DNA of 56,189 bases from contig DASZVD010000105.1 of NCBI GenBank assembly GCA_035547375.1, positions 1 through 56,189 on the forward strand, in the 5' to 3' direction. The notes beneath the pieces are model-generated. The model was not told the origin of the DNA. It made no database searches and saw nothing but the letters and a program-made list of their open reading frames with translations. Source of the DNA: Steroidobacteraceae bacterium (GTDB lineage: Bacteria; Pseudomonadota; Gammaproteobacteria; Steroidobacterales; Steroidobacteraceae). How positions within the stretch are numbered: the first letter of the stretch is position 1; each line of letters starts with the position of its first letter. Both the position numbers and the translations under genes were made by a program. Shown piece by piece: positions 35,948-45,387 of the stretch.

Positions 35948-37114
35948 ATGGAACCGAACTTCGCCGCGCTGCGCAAAGAATTCCCCGTTCTCGAGCGCAA
36001 GACCTACCTGAACAGCGGCTCGTACTGCGCGCTGGCCAACGACGTCAAGGCCGCGATCGAGGCGTACATGGACGACCGCCTGGCTGTCGGCGCCAATTGG
36101 GACGTCTGGATCATGAAGAACGAGGCGGTCCGTGCTTTGACCGCACAGCTGCTGGGCGCCGCGCCGGACGAGATCGCGGTAACCGCCTCGGTTTCCGCGG
36201 GATTGAACGCGCTGGCGAGCGCGATGGACTTCACGGGCACGCGCGACAAGGTCGTGATCAGCGACTTTGAATTCCCCACGAATGCTCAGATCTGGCATGC
36301 GCAGGAGCCGCGCGGCGCTCGCGTCGTCCACGTCTCCCGCGACGCCAGCGGCTACATCCCCGCGGAGAAGTTTGTCGATGCGATCGACGAGAACACGAAG
36401 CTCGTGGCGATCACACACGTCTGCTTCCGCAACGGCGCGAAGCTGGAAATTCCGGAGATCGTGCGCATCGCGCGGTCCAAGGGCGCGCTGGTATTGCTGG
36501 ACTGTTATCAGTCCGTCGGCTCGATGGACATCAACGTCAAGACGCTCGACGTCGACTTCGCCGTAGGCGGCATGCTCAAGTACCTGCTCGGCACGGCGGG
36601 TATCGGCTTCATGTACGTCCGGGACTCCTTTACGAAATCGCTGGTCCCGACGAATTCCGGCTGGTTCGCGCAGGAGAACATCGCCGCGATGGACATCACG
36701 GCCAACCGCCCTCACCCGAGCGCCCGGCGCTTCGAGGCCGGCACTCCCGCCGTGGTGAATTGCTATGCCTCCGAAGCCGGGCTGAAGTTCCTGCTCGGCG
36801 TCGGCACTCCAGCGATCGAGAAGCGCAACTATGCGCTGACGCGGCGCTGCATGGAGAAGCTCGTCGAGATCGGTTGGCCGAGCGTCACGCCCATCCCCGA
36901 TGCGCGGCGGGGCATGACCGTGTGCGTGCCTTCGCGAGACGCCGGCGCCCTGGCGCGCGAGCTCATGAATCGCGACATCGTGACGTCCCATCGGGATGCC
37001 AACCTGCGCGCGAGCTTTCATTTCTATAACAACGAAGCCGACATAGAATCCTTCATTGCCGCAATGAAAGACCTGCGCGGCGAGTTCGTGCCCAGGAGCC
37101 CGTCCGGCTCATGA
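35948..37114 (+). CDS. aminotransferase class V-fold PLP-dependent enzyme
   Basis: The overall pattern (YLNSGSY..., ITHVCFRNGAKLEIPEI, VDFAVGGMLKYLLG with the PLP lysine) matches cysteine desulfurase/isopenicillin-N-epimerase-like proteins. Confidence 0.8.
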   Translation: MEPNFAALRKEFPVLERKTYLNSGSYCALANDVKAAIEAYMDDRLAVGANWDVWIMKNEAVRALTAQLLGAAPDEIAVTASVSAGLNALASAMDFTGTRDKVVISDFEFPTNAQIWHAQEPRGARVVHVSRDASGYIPAEKFVDAIDENTKLVAITHVCFRNGAKLEIPEIVRIARSKGALVLLDCYQSVGSMDINVKTLDVDFAVGGMLKYLLGTAGIGFMYVRDSFTKSLVPTNSGWFAQENIAAMDITANRPHPSARRFEAGTPAVVNCYASEAGLKFLLGVGTPAIEKRNYALTRRCMEKLVEIGWPSVTPIPDARRGMTVCVPSRDAGALARELMNRDIVTSHRDANLRASFHFYNNEADIESFIAAMKDLRGEFVPRSPSGS

Positions 37115-37204
37115 TCTCCCTTGCGAGGGCGAGCGACTCTCGTCTCCCGCGGTAGAGGGGTTGGCGGGCTTCGGGGCGTTCGCGCCGCTGATCTGGAGGC
37201 TTCC

Positions 37205-38188
37205 GTGGAAATACGTATCCTGCGCGCCACCGACGTGCACGCCCTGCTGCCGATGGCGGAGTGCATCGACCTGATGCACCGGACCATGATCGCTGTCTCC
37301 GCGGGCCGTATCGTGCTGCCGCTGCGCTCGATCATGGTCATGCCGGGCGACACCGGCATGATGGGTAACATGCCCGGATACCTCGCGGACCCCGAGTGCT
37401 TCGGGGTCAAGCTCGTCAGCCTCATGCCGCGCAACAAGCCGCCGCAATACTCCTCACACCTGGGCATCGTGCTGTTGTTCGAGGCGGAGCACGGCCAGCC
37501 GGTCGCCCTGGTGGACGCAGCCGAGATCACGGCGATCCGGACCGCCGCGGCCAGCGGCCTGGCGACCCGGCTGTTGGCTCGACCGGACGCCTCCGACCTT
37601 GCGATTCTCGGCGCCGGCGAGCAGGCCAGCAGCCACCTTGCCGCCATGGCCACCGTTCGCAAGCTGCGTCACGTTCGGGTCTGGGCCCGTGATCGCCTCA
37701 AGGCATCGGCCTTCGCGAAGGCGGAAAGCGCGAAACACGGCCTCACGATCGAAGTCGCCGAAACACCTCGCGACGCCGTTACCGATGCCCATATCATCTG
37801 CACGGTGACGAAGGCACGCGACCCGATCCTTCACGGTGATTGGATCGCACCCGGCGCCCACCTGAACGTCGTTGGATCGAGCGTCGCTTCCGCGGCGGAG
37901 GTCGACACCACCACGGTCGTTAGGTCACGCTTCTTTGTCGACTACCGGACATCGACGATCAACGAAGGCGGAGAATATCTGCGCGCTCTGCAATCGGGCG
38001 CGATCACGCCGGAGCACATCCTTGCAGAAATCGGCGAAGTGGCGAGCGGATCGAAGGTGGGGCGCACGTCGCCGGCCGACGTGACCCTTTACAAGTCCCT
38101 TGGCATCGCGCCACAGGATCTGGCTTCCGCTCACTATGTGCTTCAGAAAGCGCGTGAGCGCGGCGTAGGCAAGGTGTTCGATTTCTGA
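37205..38188 (+). CDS. ornithine cyclodeaminase/mu-crystallin family protein
   Basis: IRTAAASGLATRLLARPDASDLAILGAGEQASSHL Rossmann segment typical of the OCD family. GTG 37205 is preceded by GGAGG at a 5-nt spacing. Confidence 0.85.
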   Translation: MEIRILRATDVHALLPMAECIDLMHRTMIAVSAGRIVLPLRSIMVMPGDTGMMGNMPGYLADPECFGVKLVSLMPRNKPPQYSSHLGIVLLFEAEHGQPVALVDAAEITAIRTAAASGLATRLLARPDASDLAILGAGEQASSHLAAMATVRKLRHVRVWARDRLKASAFAKAESAKHGLTIEVAETPRDAVTDAHIICTVTKARDPILHGDWIAPGAHLNVVGSSVASAAEVDTTTVVRSRFFVDYRTSTINEGGEYLRALQSGAITPEHILAEIGEVASGSKVGRTSPADVTLYKSLGIAPQDLASAHYVLQKARERGVGKVFDF

Positions 38189-38272
38189 CGACGGCCCGCT
38201 TTCTGATGGCGGCCGCCTTCTGATGACGGCACGCCATCTGATGGCGACCCGTGTTCTGATGATGATCCGCCG
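38183..38272. repeat. five tandem ~18-bp repeats each containing TCTGA(T/C)G
   Basis: TCTGA begins at 38184, 38202, 38219, 38237 and 38255 (spacing 18/17/18/18). The first copy contains the TGA stop of the cyclodeaminase gene. The array fills most of the gap to the convergent ligD stop. Confidence 0.85.
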
Positions 38273-38329
38273 TTCGCCAGCCTCCCGCCTCATCTCGTCC
38301 TGCCGCTCGCGACGCGCCGCTTCCGCCCC

Positions 38330-41300
38330 CTAGGGTTTGCGTCCCGTTCTGTTCCCTGACTTCGTTCTGTCCCCTGACTTCGCTCTCTTCGCCAACAACT
38401 CCACCGCGCGCACCACCGGCCGCGCAGCATCCTGATAACCCTCCCATGCCTTGCTCCTCGCGAGCAGCCCCGGCACGGTCAGGACAGTGAAGCGGCGGGG
38501 ATCGAGGCCGGCGCGCACCTGCGCCCAGGTGATCGGCATCGACACCGGAGCGCCCTCCCGCACTCGTGGCGAAAGCGGCGCCACCGCGGTCGCCAGGCGA
38601 TCGTTGCGCAAGTAGTCGAGAAAGATGAGCCCCTTGCGCGCGCTCTTCGACATGTTGATCAGGTAACGGTTGGGCTGGTCCGCGGCCATCTGCCGGCAGA
38701 TCTCACGCGCGAAGGCCTTAACCAGCGCCCAGTCGAGATGGGTGTCACGAGGCTGAGCCAGCGGCGTCACCACGTGCAACCCCTTGCCGCCCGTGGTCTT
38801 GCAGAAACTCTCCAGGCCGATGGCGGACAGACGGTCGCGCATCTCCTGCGCGGCGCCGATGACGGCGGCGAATTCGACATCCGGAGCGGGATCGAGATCG
38901 AATACCAGCCGCCCGGGAACCTCCGGCCTGCCGGGCTCGCAATTCCACGGGTGCAGCTCGACGCCGCCGCTTTGCGCCACCGCGGCGAGCGACTCCACGT
39001 GGTTGATGACGACATAGGGCCGGCGATCGCCGGAAACGTGCACCAGGTCGAGTAATTCCGACATGCCCGCCATGGCGTGCCGCTGAAAGAAAGTTTCTCC
39101 CTGCAAGCCGTCGGGAGCGCGCAAGATCGAGCACGGCCGGCCCGCAATGTGCGGAATGAGCCATTCCCCGACCGTCTCGAAGTAACGCGCCAGATCCAAC
39201 TTCGTCACCGCGCGCCCACCGCCGGCAGCCGGCCAGAAGACTTTGTCCGGCTTCGAGATCGTGACGCCCATGACGACGTTCGCCGCGCCGGCCCCCCACC
39301 CCACAGCACCTCGACCGCCGCTCCCGCCGCTATTGCCGCTTCTGTTATTGCCGCTCCTGCTGCCACCGTTCCCGCCGTTGTTACCGCTCCAGCCGTTGGT
39401 GCCGCTTCTGTTATTGTTATTGTCGCTCCTGCTGTTACCGCTCCCGCCACTGGTGCCGCCCCTGCCGGTTCTCGCAGTCTTCTTTCCAGCTTTTCCGGGC
39501 CTCATGACTCGCTCCTTTCCGCTCACGACCGATGACCCGCCACCCTCATCGGGTTGCACCGCCGCTTTACGAGCCTTCACCGCTCCCGTGGCCATGGGTG
39601 CGACCGTTGGCGTTTCCGCGCGAACCTCCTTGGCCGGCTTGTCCTCCCGCAGCCCCTTGAACGCGGCCTGACTGACATTGCAACCGTCCGACCACCCGGC
39701 GAACTCGATTTCGGCCACCAGCTCGGGCCTCACCCAGTGCACCTGCCGGTCGCTCGGCAGCGGCACGCGCTCCCCGAAAGGACTCTTGTCGCTCGCCAAC
39801 TTCTTCAGACGCGCGGTGAGCGGCCCGATGTTGGTGCTGTTGAATCCGGTGCCGACCCGACCCGCGTGAACCAACCGGCCGTCCTTGTAGACGCCCGCGA
39901 TCAGCGCCCGCAGCTCCCCGGCATCCGCGGTCCAACCGCCGATCACCACCTCCTGGCCCATACGGCACTTCGCTTTGGTCCAACTCGACCCACGCCCCGA
40001 CGTGTAGGGCGCGTCGAGCTCCTTGGAGACGATACCTTCGAGCCCGGTCTTGCAGGCGGACTGCAGAACTGCTTCCCCATCGGCTTCGATGTGCCCGACG
40101 TAGCGGATGTGGTCGGTGATTTTCCTGGGCTGCGCAGCCAGCAGCCCATCCAGCCGGTGCTTACGCTCCCTCAGGGGCAGCGCGCGCAAATCCTCGCCTT
40201 CCAGAAAGAGAAGATCGAAGACGCAGAATACGAGCGCCCCGCTGTCCTTCTCGGACAGAGCAGCCTGCAGGGCGGAAAAATTCGTGTTGCCCTTCTCGTC
40301 CAGCGCGACCGCCTCACCGTCGATGATGCAGTCCGGCAACCCGCTCGCCGCCGCGGCAATGGCCGCGAATTTCTCGGTCCAATCGAGGCCCTTGCGCGTC
40401 TTCAACACCGCGCGACCCCGCTCGACACGCAATTGCAGGCGATAGCCGTCGAGCTTGATCTCATGGCCCCACCCGGTGGCACCCGGAGGACGGTCGACCA
40501 ACAGCGCCAACTGCGGCTCGATGAACTGCGGCATGGGTGCGCGCCTTGCCTTGCCGGCCTTCGCTGTTCCCGGCTTTGTTCTTTCCGCGCTGCTTTCTGC
40601 CGGACTTTCTGCCCGACTTTCCACTTTGCTTTCCAGCCGACTTCCCGCCAGGCTTTCCGCCCTACCTGCCGCTCTGCTCTCCGGCCTGACTCCCACCGGT
40701 TGCTCCTCCCTGGCCGGCTGCTCCTCCCTGTTGGAATGCCACACGGCATCCGCCTCCAGCGACGTCCCCTTCGCCGACATGAACGGCTGCGGCGCCCGCC
40801 CACTGCCTGCGGCGATCTGCTCCATCGATCGGCCCGAAGCCACCGACCGGTCCTGCGCCAACAGCGCGTCATGGTCGCCCGGACGAGCGTAGTCATCCCG
40901 ATGCTTGATCAACAGCCAGTTCGTGCGTCGACCGCCGAAGCGATCGCCCTTCATCCGCACGAGCACCCAGCTGCCGTGCAGGCGACTGCCTTCGAGAACG
41001 AACTTGAGATCACCCGCGGCCAGCATGGACTGTGCGGTTTTTCCCCCCTCGGGGGCCCAGTACCCGCGGTCCCAGAGTTGGACGGTACCGCCGCCGTATT
41101 GACCGCCCGGAATGGTGCCCTCGAAATCACCGTACTCGAGCGGATGATCCTCCACCTCCACGGCCAGCCGCTTCTCCGCGGGATCGAGGGACGGGCCGCG
41201 AGTCACGGCCCAGGATTTGAAGACCCCGTCGAGCTCGAGGCGCAGATCGTAATGGAGACGGCGCGCCGCGTGCTTCTGGATGACGAAACGCAGGTGCTCG

Positions 41301-41389
41301 GCCCGCGCCACCGCCGCCGTGCCGCTCGGCTCGGCCGTCCTGGTGAAATCACGCTTGGCGCGATATTTGTCGAGTTTGCGACTGCCCAT
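38330..41389 (-). CDS. ligD: ATP-dependent DNA ligase D (phosphoesterase-ligase-polymerase fusion)
   Basis: PE domain [22 protein letters not shown]. Ligase adenylation motif EIKLDGYR. Polymerase/primase domain [10 protein letters not shown]...ETFFQRH...GGKGLHV. Low-complexity linkers lie between the domains. Confidence 0.95.
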   Translation of the reverse strand: MGSRKLDKYRAKRDFTRTAEPSGTAAVARAEHLRFVIQKHAARRLHYDLRLELDGVFKSWAVTRGPSLDPAEKRLAVEVEDHPLEYGDFEGTIPGGQYGGGTVQLWDRGYWAPEGGKTAQSMLAAGDLKFVLEGSRLHGSWVLVRMKGDRFGGRRTNWLLIKHRDDYARPGDHDALLAQDRSVASGRSMEQIAAGSGRAPQPFMSAKGTSLEADAVWHSNREEQPAREEQPVGVRPESRAAGRAESLAGSRLESKVESRAESPAESSAERTKPGTAKAGKARRAPMPQFIEPQLALLVDRPPGATGWGHEIKLDGYRLQLRVERGRAVLKTRKGLDWTEKFAAIAAAASGLPDCIIDGEAVALDEKGNTNFSALQAALSEKDSGALVFCVFDLLFLEGEDLRALPLRERKHRLDGLLAAQPRKITDHIRYVGHIEADGEAVLQSACKTGLEGIVSKELDAPYTSGRGSSWTKAKCRMGQEVVIGGWTADAGELRALIAGVYKDGRLVHAGRVGTGFNSTNIGPLTARLKKLASDKSPFGERVPLPSDRQVHWVRPELVAEIEFAGWSDGCNVSQAAFKGLREDKPAKEVRAETPTVAPMATGAVKARKAAVQPDEGGGSSVVSGKERVMRPGKAGKKTARTGRGGTSGGSGNSRSDNNNNRSGTNGWSGNNGGNGGSRSGNNRSGNSGGSGGRGAVGWGAGAANVVMGVTISKPDKVFWPAAGGGRAVTKLDLARYFETVGEWLIPHIAGRPCSILRAPDGLQGETFFQRHAMAGMSELLDLVHVSGDRRPYVVINHVESLAAVAQSGGVELHPWNCEPGRPEVPGRLVFDLDPAPDVEFAAVIGAAQEMRDRLSAIGLESFCKTTGGKGLHVVTPLAQPRDTHLDWALVKAFAREICRQMAADQPNRYLINMSKSARKGLIFLDYLRNDRLATAVAPLSPRVREGAPVSMPITWAQVRAGLDPRRFTVLTVPGLLARSKAWEGYQDAARPVVRAVELLAKRAKSGDRTKSGNRTGRKP

Positions 41390-41453
41390 GTCCGCGCTGT
41401 AGCCACAAATGTGCCCACCCTCCCTGACCGGGTGGGCACGGCCCGAGCGGATG

Positions 41454-42068
41454 TTACGTCTTTTTCAACAGCCCCTCGGACGTCAGCGCCTCGATCGTGT
41501 GCGGCCGGGCAGCGACACGCTGCAGGAAGGCCTGCAGATTCGGCCAGGGGCTCAGGTCGAACTTCACGTGCGCCGACCAACTCAGCACCACGAACAGATA
41601 GGCATCCGCCACCGTGAACGACTCACCCGTCAGATAGGGCTTCGCGCCCAGTTTCTCCGCCAACCACGCGATGCGCTTCTTGAGGTTCGTGCGCGCATAC
41701 TCCTTCATGTCCTCCGACGAGTGGGGCGCGAACAGCGGACTGAAGGACTTGTGCAGCTCGGAATTGATGTAGGCCAGCCATTCGGCGACGCGATAACGCT
41801 CGAGCGTCCCCACGGGCGGCGCCAGCTTCGCGGCCGGATTCAGGTCGGCGACGTACAGCAACAGCGCCGAGTTCTCGGTCAACAGCTCCCCGTTGTCGAG
41901 ACGCAGCGCCGGGACATAGCCCTTGGAGTTGATCTCGTTGAAATCGACCCCGTCGGAGGTCCGGTGATTATGGTGACTGACTTTGATGAGCTCGAACGGC
42001 ACGCCGGCTTCGCGCAGCGCGATGTTCGTGGCCAGGGAACAGGCCCCCGGCAGGGTATATAGCTTCAT
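41454..42068 (-). CDS. gstA: glutathione S-transferase (beta class, GstA-like)
   Basis: [30 protein letters not shown]... closely parallels the E. coli GstA N terminus, and the ...[12 protein letters not shown]... segment also matches. Confidence 0.85.
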   Translation of the reverse strand: MKLYTLPGACSLATNIALREAGVPFELIKVSHHNHRTSDGVDFNEINSKGYVPALRLDNGELLTENSALLLYVADLNPAAKLAPPVGTLERYRVAEWLAYINSELHKSFSPLFAPHSSEDMKEYARTNLKKRIAWLAEKLGAKPYLTGESFTVADAYLFVVLSWSAHVKFDLSPWPNLQAFLQRVAARPHTIEALTSEGLLKKT

Positions 42069-42127
42069 GGGATCTCCTAAGCTCGTGCCGGCGCCATGCT
42101 AGCGGGGTCTCACGGCGACGCAAGTGC

Positions 42128-42159
42128 CTCCGCTTCCCGCGACCTCCGCTTCCCGCGAC
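42128..42159. repeat. perfect 16-bp tandem duplication
   Basis: ctccgcttcccgcgac at 42128-42143 is repeated exactly at 42144-42159, in the gstA upstream region. Confidence 0.9.
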
Positions 42160-42277
42160 CCCATGACCCTTGCCGCCCACCCGGCCCAAACGGCGGCGAC
42201 CCGCCCGCCTCCGGCGACCGGAGGCCACATTTGGACGCTCCCGCTCCCTCGCGCGCCGGAGTAAACTCCTGGGCGCC

Positions 42278-42532
42278 ATGAAAGCCATGTGCATAGCCAC
42301 TGCGGTCCTCGCCGCAGCCATTACCGTGGCCGGTTGCAAGTACCGCCATAGCCAGCCCGTTCCGGGACCCAAGGTCGCGCCGCCCGCTCCTTCGGCGGAC
42401 CTGCCCCAGGAGACGGGGCCCAGGGGGCCTGCCCACCGTGGAGCCAGCGGCATCTCCTGGTTCCAGGGCACGCTCGAAGAGGCGTTTTCCACGACCTGTC
42501 CCCGGTGTACCGCGGTGGTCTTCCACCACTGA
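42278..42532 (+). CDS. small lipoprotein, possibly a truncated thioredoxin-fold gene
   Basis: MKAMCIATAVLAAAITVAGC has a lipobox. The C terminus ISWFQGTLEEAFSTTCPRC resembles the start of thioredoxin-like lipoproteins but ends after 84 aa. No good RBS. This is a weak call. Confidence 0.35.
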   Translation: MKAMCIATAVLAAAITVAGCKYRHSQPVPGPKVAPPAPSADLPQETGPRGPAHRGASGISWFQGTLEEAFSTTCPRCTAVVFHH

Positions 42533-42601
42533 CACCTCGCCCACTGCTCTCACTCGTGCGGCTCAGGGATCCACGGCGCACCCCTCGCCCGCGCCGCGGC
42601 T

Positions 42602-42610
42602 GCTACAATC
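42602..42610 (+). promoter_or_regulatory. extended -10 element (TGcTACAAT) upstream of the tRNA
   Basis: tgctacaat lies at 42602-42610, 18 nt before the tRNA 5' end. No convincing -35 element. Confidence 0.3.
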
Positions 42611-42627
42611 CCCGCCCCTTTTCGGCG

Positions 42628-42700
42628 GGCCTGTAGCACAGCGGTTAGTGCAGGGGACTCATAATCCCTTGGTCCTGGGTTCGAATCCCAGCGGGCCCAC
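42628..42700 (+). tRNA. tRNA with anticodon CAT (Met, or Ile2 if lysidine-modified)
   Basis: Cloverleaf folded by hand. Acceptor GGGCCTG/CGGGCCC, D arm GCAC-AGCGGTTA-GTGC, anticodon arm GGGGA-CTCATAA-TCCCT, variable TGGTC, T arm CTGGG-TTCGAAT-CCCAG, discriminator A. No encoded CCA. The loop/variable region GACTCATAATCnCTTGGTC resembles E. coli ileX. Confidence 0.9.
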
Positions 42701-42725
42701 ACTCCAAGTCGCTGTTCCATAAAGA

Positions 42726-42764
42726 AAAATCGCCGCCGCCTTTCTGCGGTGAGGACGCGATTTT
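42726..42764 (+). terminator. hairpin with T tract downstream of the tRNA
   Basis: aaaatcgc (42726-42733) pairs with gcgatttt (42757-42764). An inner ccgc/gcgg stem is present. Confidence 0.45.
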
Positions 42765-42795
42765 CAACTCGGGGCAAACCGGTACCGCAGAAAGC

Positions 42796-43000
42796 AAGCA
42801 ATACGATGTGCTCGCCCGCCAACACCTTGTTGACGAACGAGCTCCCCGCTTTGCGGCGCCGTTGAAATTCGTCCCTGGTCAATAGAGTCGGGCTGATTTT
42901 TCTGGCGAGCTCTCTCTCGACTGCGGGAGTAAACCTGCTCTAGCGCAAGATGATCGGAGACGATGAGCAGGTCTACGTCGCTGGAGGCTGTGTCGACGGA
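42796..43000 (-). pseudogene. decayed remnant of a nucleotidyltransferase-domain gene
   Basis: Own translation: one frame gives SVDTASSDVDLLIVSDHLALEQVYS. A second frame, after a frameshift near 42921-42930, gives ERELARKISPTLLTRDEFQRRRKAGSSFVNKVLAGEHIVLL. A stop lies upstream of the NT motif, and the 3' end runs into the tRNA without its own stop. Confidence 0.45.
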
Positions 43001-43132
43001 TCGATGCAGCTGGCCTTGCTGGTCTTGCCGCGCAAGCGTGTCGCTTCGGTCCTTTTAAGCTGCATGCCGGTTCACTTGAACCCGCCCGCCCCAGACGTCA
43101 TGCGAGAACAAGCCACGCGAACGGCAAGGACA

Positions 43133-44167
43133 TCATCGACGTCGCAGCGTATCGCGTGGACTTTCCCCAAAGCGTTCGCGGTAGCGTTCGGAAAATCTGC
43201 CAACATGTCCAAAACCATACTTCAGCGCCACCTCGGTAACCGAGGTTTGCGAGCGGTTCTTGAGCTCCAGTTCACGATGTGCGTGCTCGAGTCGGCGGTT
43301 GTTCAGCCATCGTGTTGGCGTGGTGCCAAATTCTCTCGTGAAAATTCGATAGAGCGAGCGGGCGGAAATGCCAACCGCATCGGCAATGGCGGCCCAGTCG
43401 AGCTCGCCGGCCAGATTTTGATCCACACGGTCGCGGATGTAACGGCCTACGCGACTGAGCGAGGGCGTATCACCCATTGATCGGCATGCGAATGTTGCTC
43501 GCACCAATTCGTCCAAGGTGGCCCCGACATAGGATGCAATTCTTGGCGCCGCCTCCAGGGTATGGCAAAGCACGATCTCGTTCACGATCAGATCGACAAT
43601 GCAGGAGAGTGAACGACCTTTCGGTTTGCTGAGGTCGACTATTCCGCCAAATGGCGTATCGGCGGTAGTGAAGGGATTCGCGGCATGAATTGGATCATCA
43701 GGGTCCACGTTGAAGCGAACCGCCATCAGAGTGCAGTCCGGTGACCACTCCATCCGTAGTGGTACACCCGTTGGCAGTAGATGCGCCGATCCTTCGTTGA
43801 CGACAGCAGTGTAGTTGGGCTGGTGAAGAATAAAATGCCCGCACACCGGAACCTGGAGTAGGGCAAAACGCTTCAGACAGCCAGCGTCGATGATCACGTG
43901 CTTGCCGTAGCGGATGAACACGATGTCGAGCTTGCCAATCCGTCTTTGGAGCAAGGTTGCAGTGTGGGGTTGGTTTGCGGCCTCAACGAAACGGAAAGGC
44001 TTGAGGCACGCCGATACACGATGGGCAAAGAGCGGCAGGTCAGTCGTTTCGAAGTCCCAGTTGAGCGACAGGCCGTTCACGTTGAAGCTCTCACGCTGGC
44101 ATCGTCGGCAAAGCTGCTGATCAAGGCAACCTCCCATCCCGGCTCTTATCGGATCGGCACGCGGCAA
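43133..44167 (-). CDS. AraC family transcriptional regulator
   Basis: C-terminal double HTH: IADAVGISARSLYRIFTREFGTTPTRWLNNRRLEHAHREL...VTEVALKYGFGHVGRFSERYRERFGESP. Confidence 0.9.
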   Translation of the reverse strand: MPRADPIRAGMGGCLDQQLCRRCQRESFNVNGLSLNWDFETTDLPLFAHRVSACLKPFRFVEAANQPHTATLLQRRIGKLDIVFIRYGKHVIIDAGCLKRFALLQVPVCGHFILHQPNYTAVVNEGSAHLLPTGVPLRMEWSPDCTLMAVRFNVDPDDPIHAANPFTTADTPFGGIVDLSKPKGRSLSCIVDLIVNEIVLCHTLEAAPRIASYVGATLDELVRATFACRSMGDTPSLSRVGRYIRDRVDQNLAGELDWAAIADAVGISARSLYRIFTREFGTTPTRWLNNRRLEHAHRELELKNRSQTSVTEVALKYGFGHVGRFSERYRERFGESPRDTLRRR

Positions 44168-44250
44168 GAATTGACTTGATTGGCACTCGCTGGCTAGCCG
44201 CGCACGCCCCGGATCGTTACGTTGGCATTATCCGCTAACGGTGAAAACAA

Positions 44251-45387
44251 GTGAATCATTCCAAGACGGTACTGGGCGGCAAGAAGAGCAGAAGGGTTTG
44301 CCTGGCGCAAATCTCGCCGGCCTTCATGGATCGCGAAGCCAGCGTTGCTCGCGCGGTCAGCGCAATAGGCGAGGCCGCAAAGGGCGGCGCCGAGCTCATC
44401 GTATTCCCCGAAGCATGGCTGGCCGGCTACCCGTATTGGACCGAAGGCTGGGATAGCAGACTCGCTCAGTGGATAGATGGTCGCGTCCGATTCTTCGACC
44501 AAGCGGTAATCGTACCGTCGGCGGCAACCGCGGCAATAGCCAAGGCCGCGCGAGATGCCGAGATAGTGGTCATCATGGGCTGCAATGAGGCCGATCCGCG
44601 TCCGGGCGTCAACACTATCTACAATTCCCTGCTTTTTTTCGATCAAAGCGGACGTCTACTGGGGCGGCACAGGAAACTGATGCCGACTTTCAGCGAGCGC
44701 CTCTTCTGGGGTGCGGGGGATGGCTCGGACCTGTCGGTCTACGAGACGAGCATTGGCCGCATCGGCGCACTGATCTGCGGCGAACATCTCATGACTTCCG
44801 TGCGTGCCGCCATGATTGCCATGGGTGAGGATTTCCACGTCGCCGTGTTTCCCGGGGCATTCGGCCTTCACACCGGCCCTCGCCTCGAAGAATGGAACGG
44901 CAACGGCGACTTCTGGGGACATTTCGTTTGTCGCGCGCACGCGTTTGAGTCGGGCAGCTTCGTCCTGTCGGCAAGCGCCATCGTAAACCCGCACGATGTG
45001 CCCGATGATTTTCCTTACAAGGAAAAAATGAATATCGATTACGCCAAAGGCGGTAGTCAGATCATCTCCCCGCTGGGTGTGCCGCTTGTCGGTCCCGTCG
45101 AAGGTGAACAGCTCATCTTCGCGGATTGTGAGGCCTGGATGATCAAGGCGGTCAAGGCAATCATCGACACCGCTGGTCATTACGGTCGCGCCGATGTGGT
45201 GCGTGTCCTGCTGTCAAGGCACGGAGGTTGGGTTCCAGCCGGGGCGGAATATCGCAGCGGACCGATTCCGACATTGAGTGGCAGTGAGCTGGCGCGGAGC
45301 TCGGATCAGTGGGAGATCGAGCAACATGTGGTGGCGGAGGTCGTCGACCAGGCCTGTATCCCGATCAAACGGGAGCCCGTCGCATGA
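44251..45387 (+). CDS. nitrilase (carbon-nitrogen hydrolase superfamily)
   Basis: ELIVFPEAWLAGYPYW (catalytic Glu), HRKLMPT (Lys) and GALICGEHLM (Cys) form the nitrilase triad. GTG start. Confidence 0.9.
   Translation: MNHSKTVLGGKKSRRVCLAQISPAFMDREASVARAVSAIGEAAKGGAELIVFPEAWLAGYPYWTEGWDSRLAQWIDGRVRFFDQAVIVPSAATAAIAKAARDAEIVVIMGCNEADPRPGVNTIYNSLLFFDQSGRLLGRHRKLMPTFSERLFWGAGDGSDLSVYETSIGRIGALICGEHLMTSVRAAMIAMGEDFHVAVFPGAFGLHTGPRLEEWNGNGDFWGHFVCRAHAFESGSFVLSASAIVNPHDVPDDFPYKEKMNIDYAKGGSQIISPLGVPLVGPVEGEQLIFADCEAWMIKAVKAIIDTAGHYGRADVVRVLLSRHGGWVPAGAEYRSGPIPTLSGSELARSSDQWEIEQHVVAEVVDQACIPIKREPVA

Noticed and set aside
39554-41617. 687-aa plus-strand ORF opposite ligD
   Set aside because: LigD motifs (KLDGYR adenylation site, PE and polymerase domains) are on the minus strand. 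The plus-frame product is low complexity.
42550-42882. 110-aa minus-strand ORF overlapping the tRNA
   Set aside because: It reads straight through the tRNA gene. Only its first ~30 residues resemble a real protein, the tail of the nucleotidyltransferase-domain remnant, so it is annotated as part of a pseudogene.
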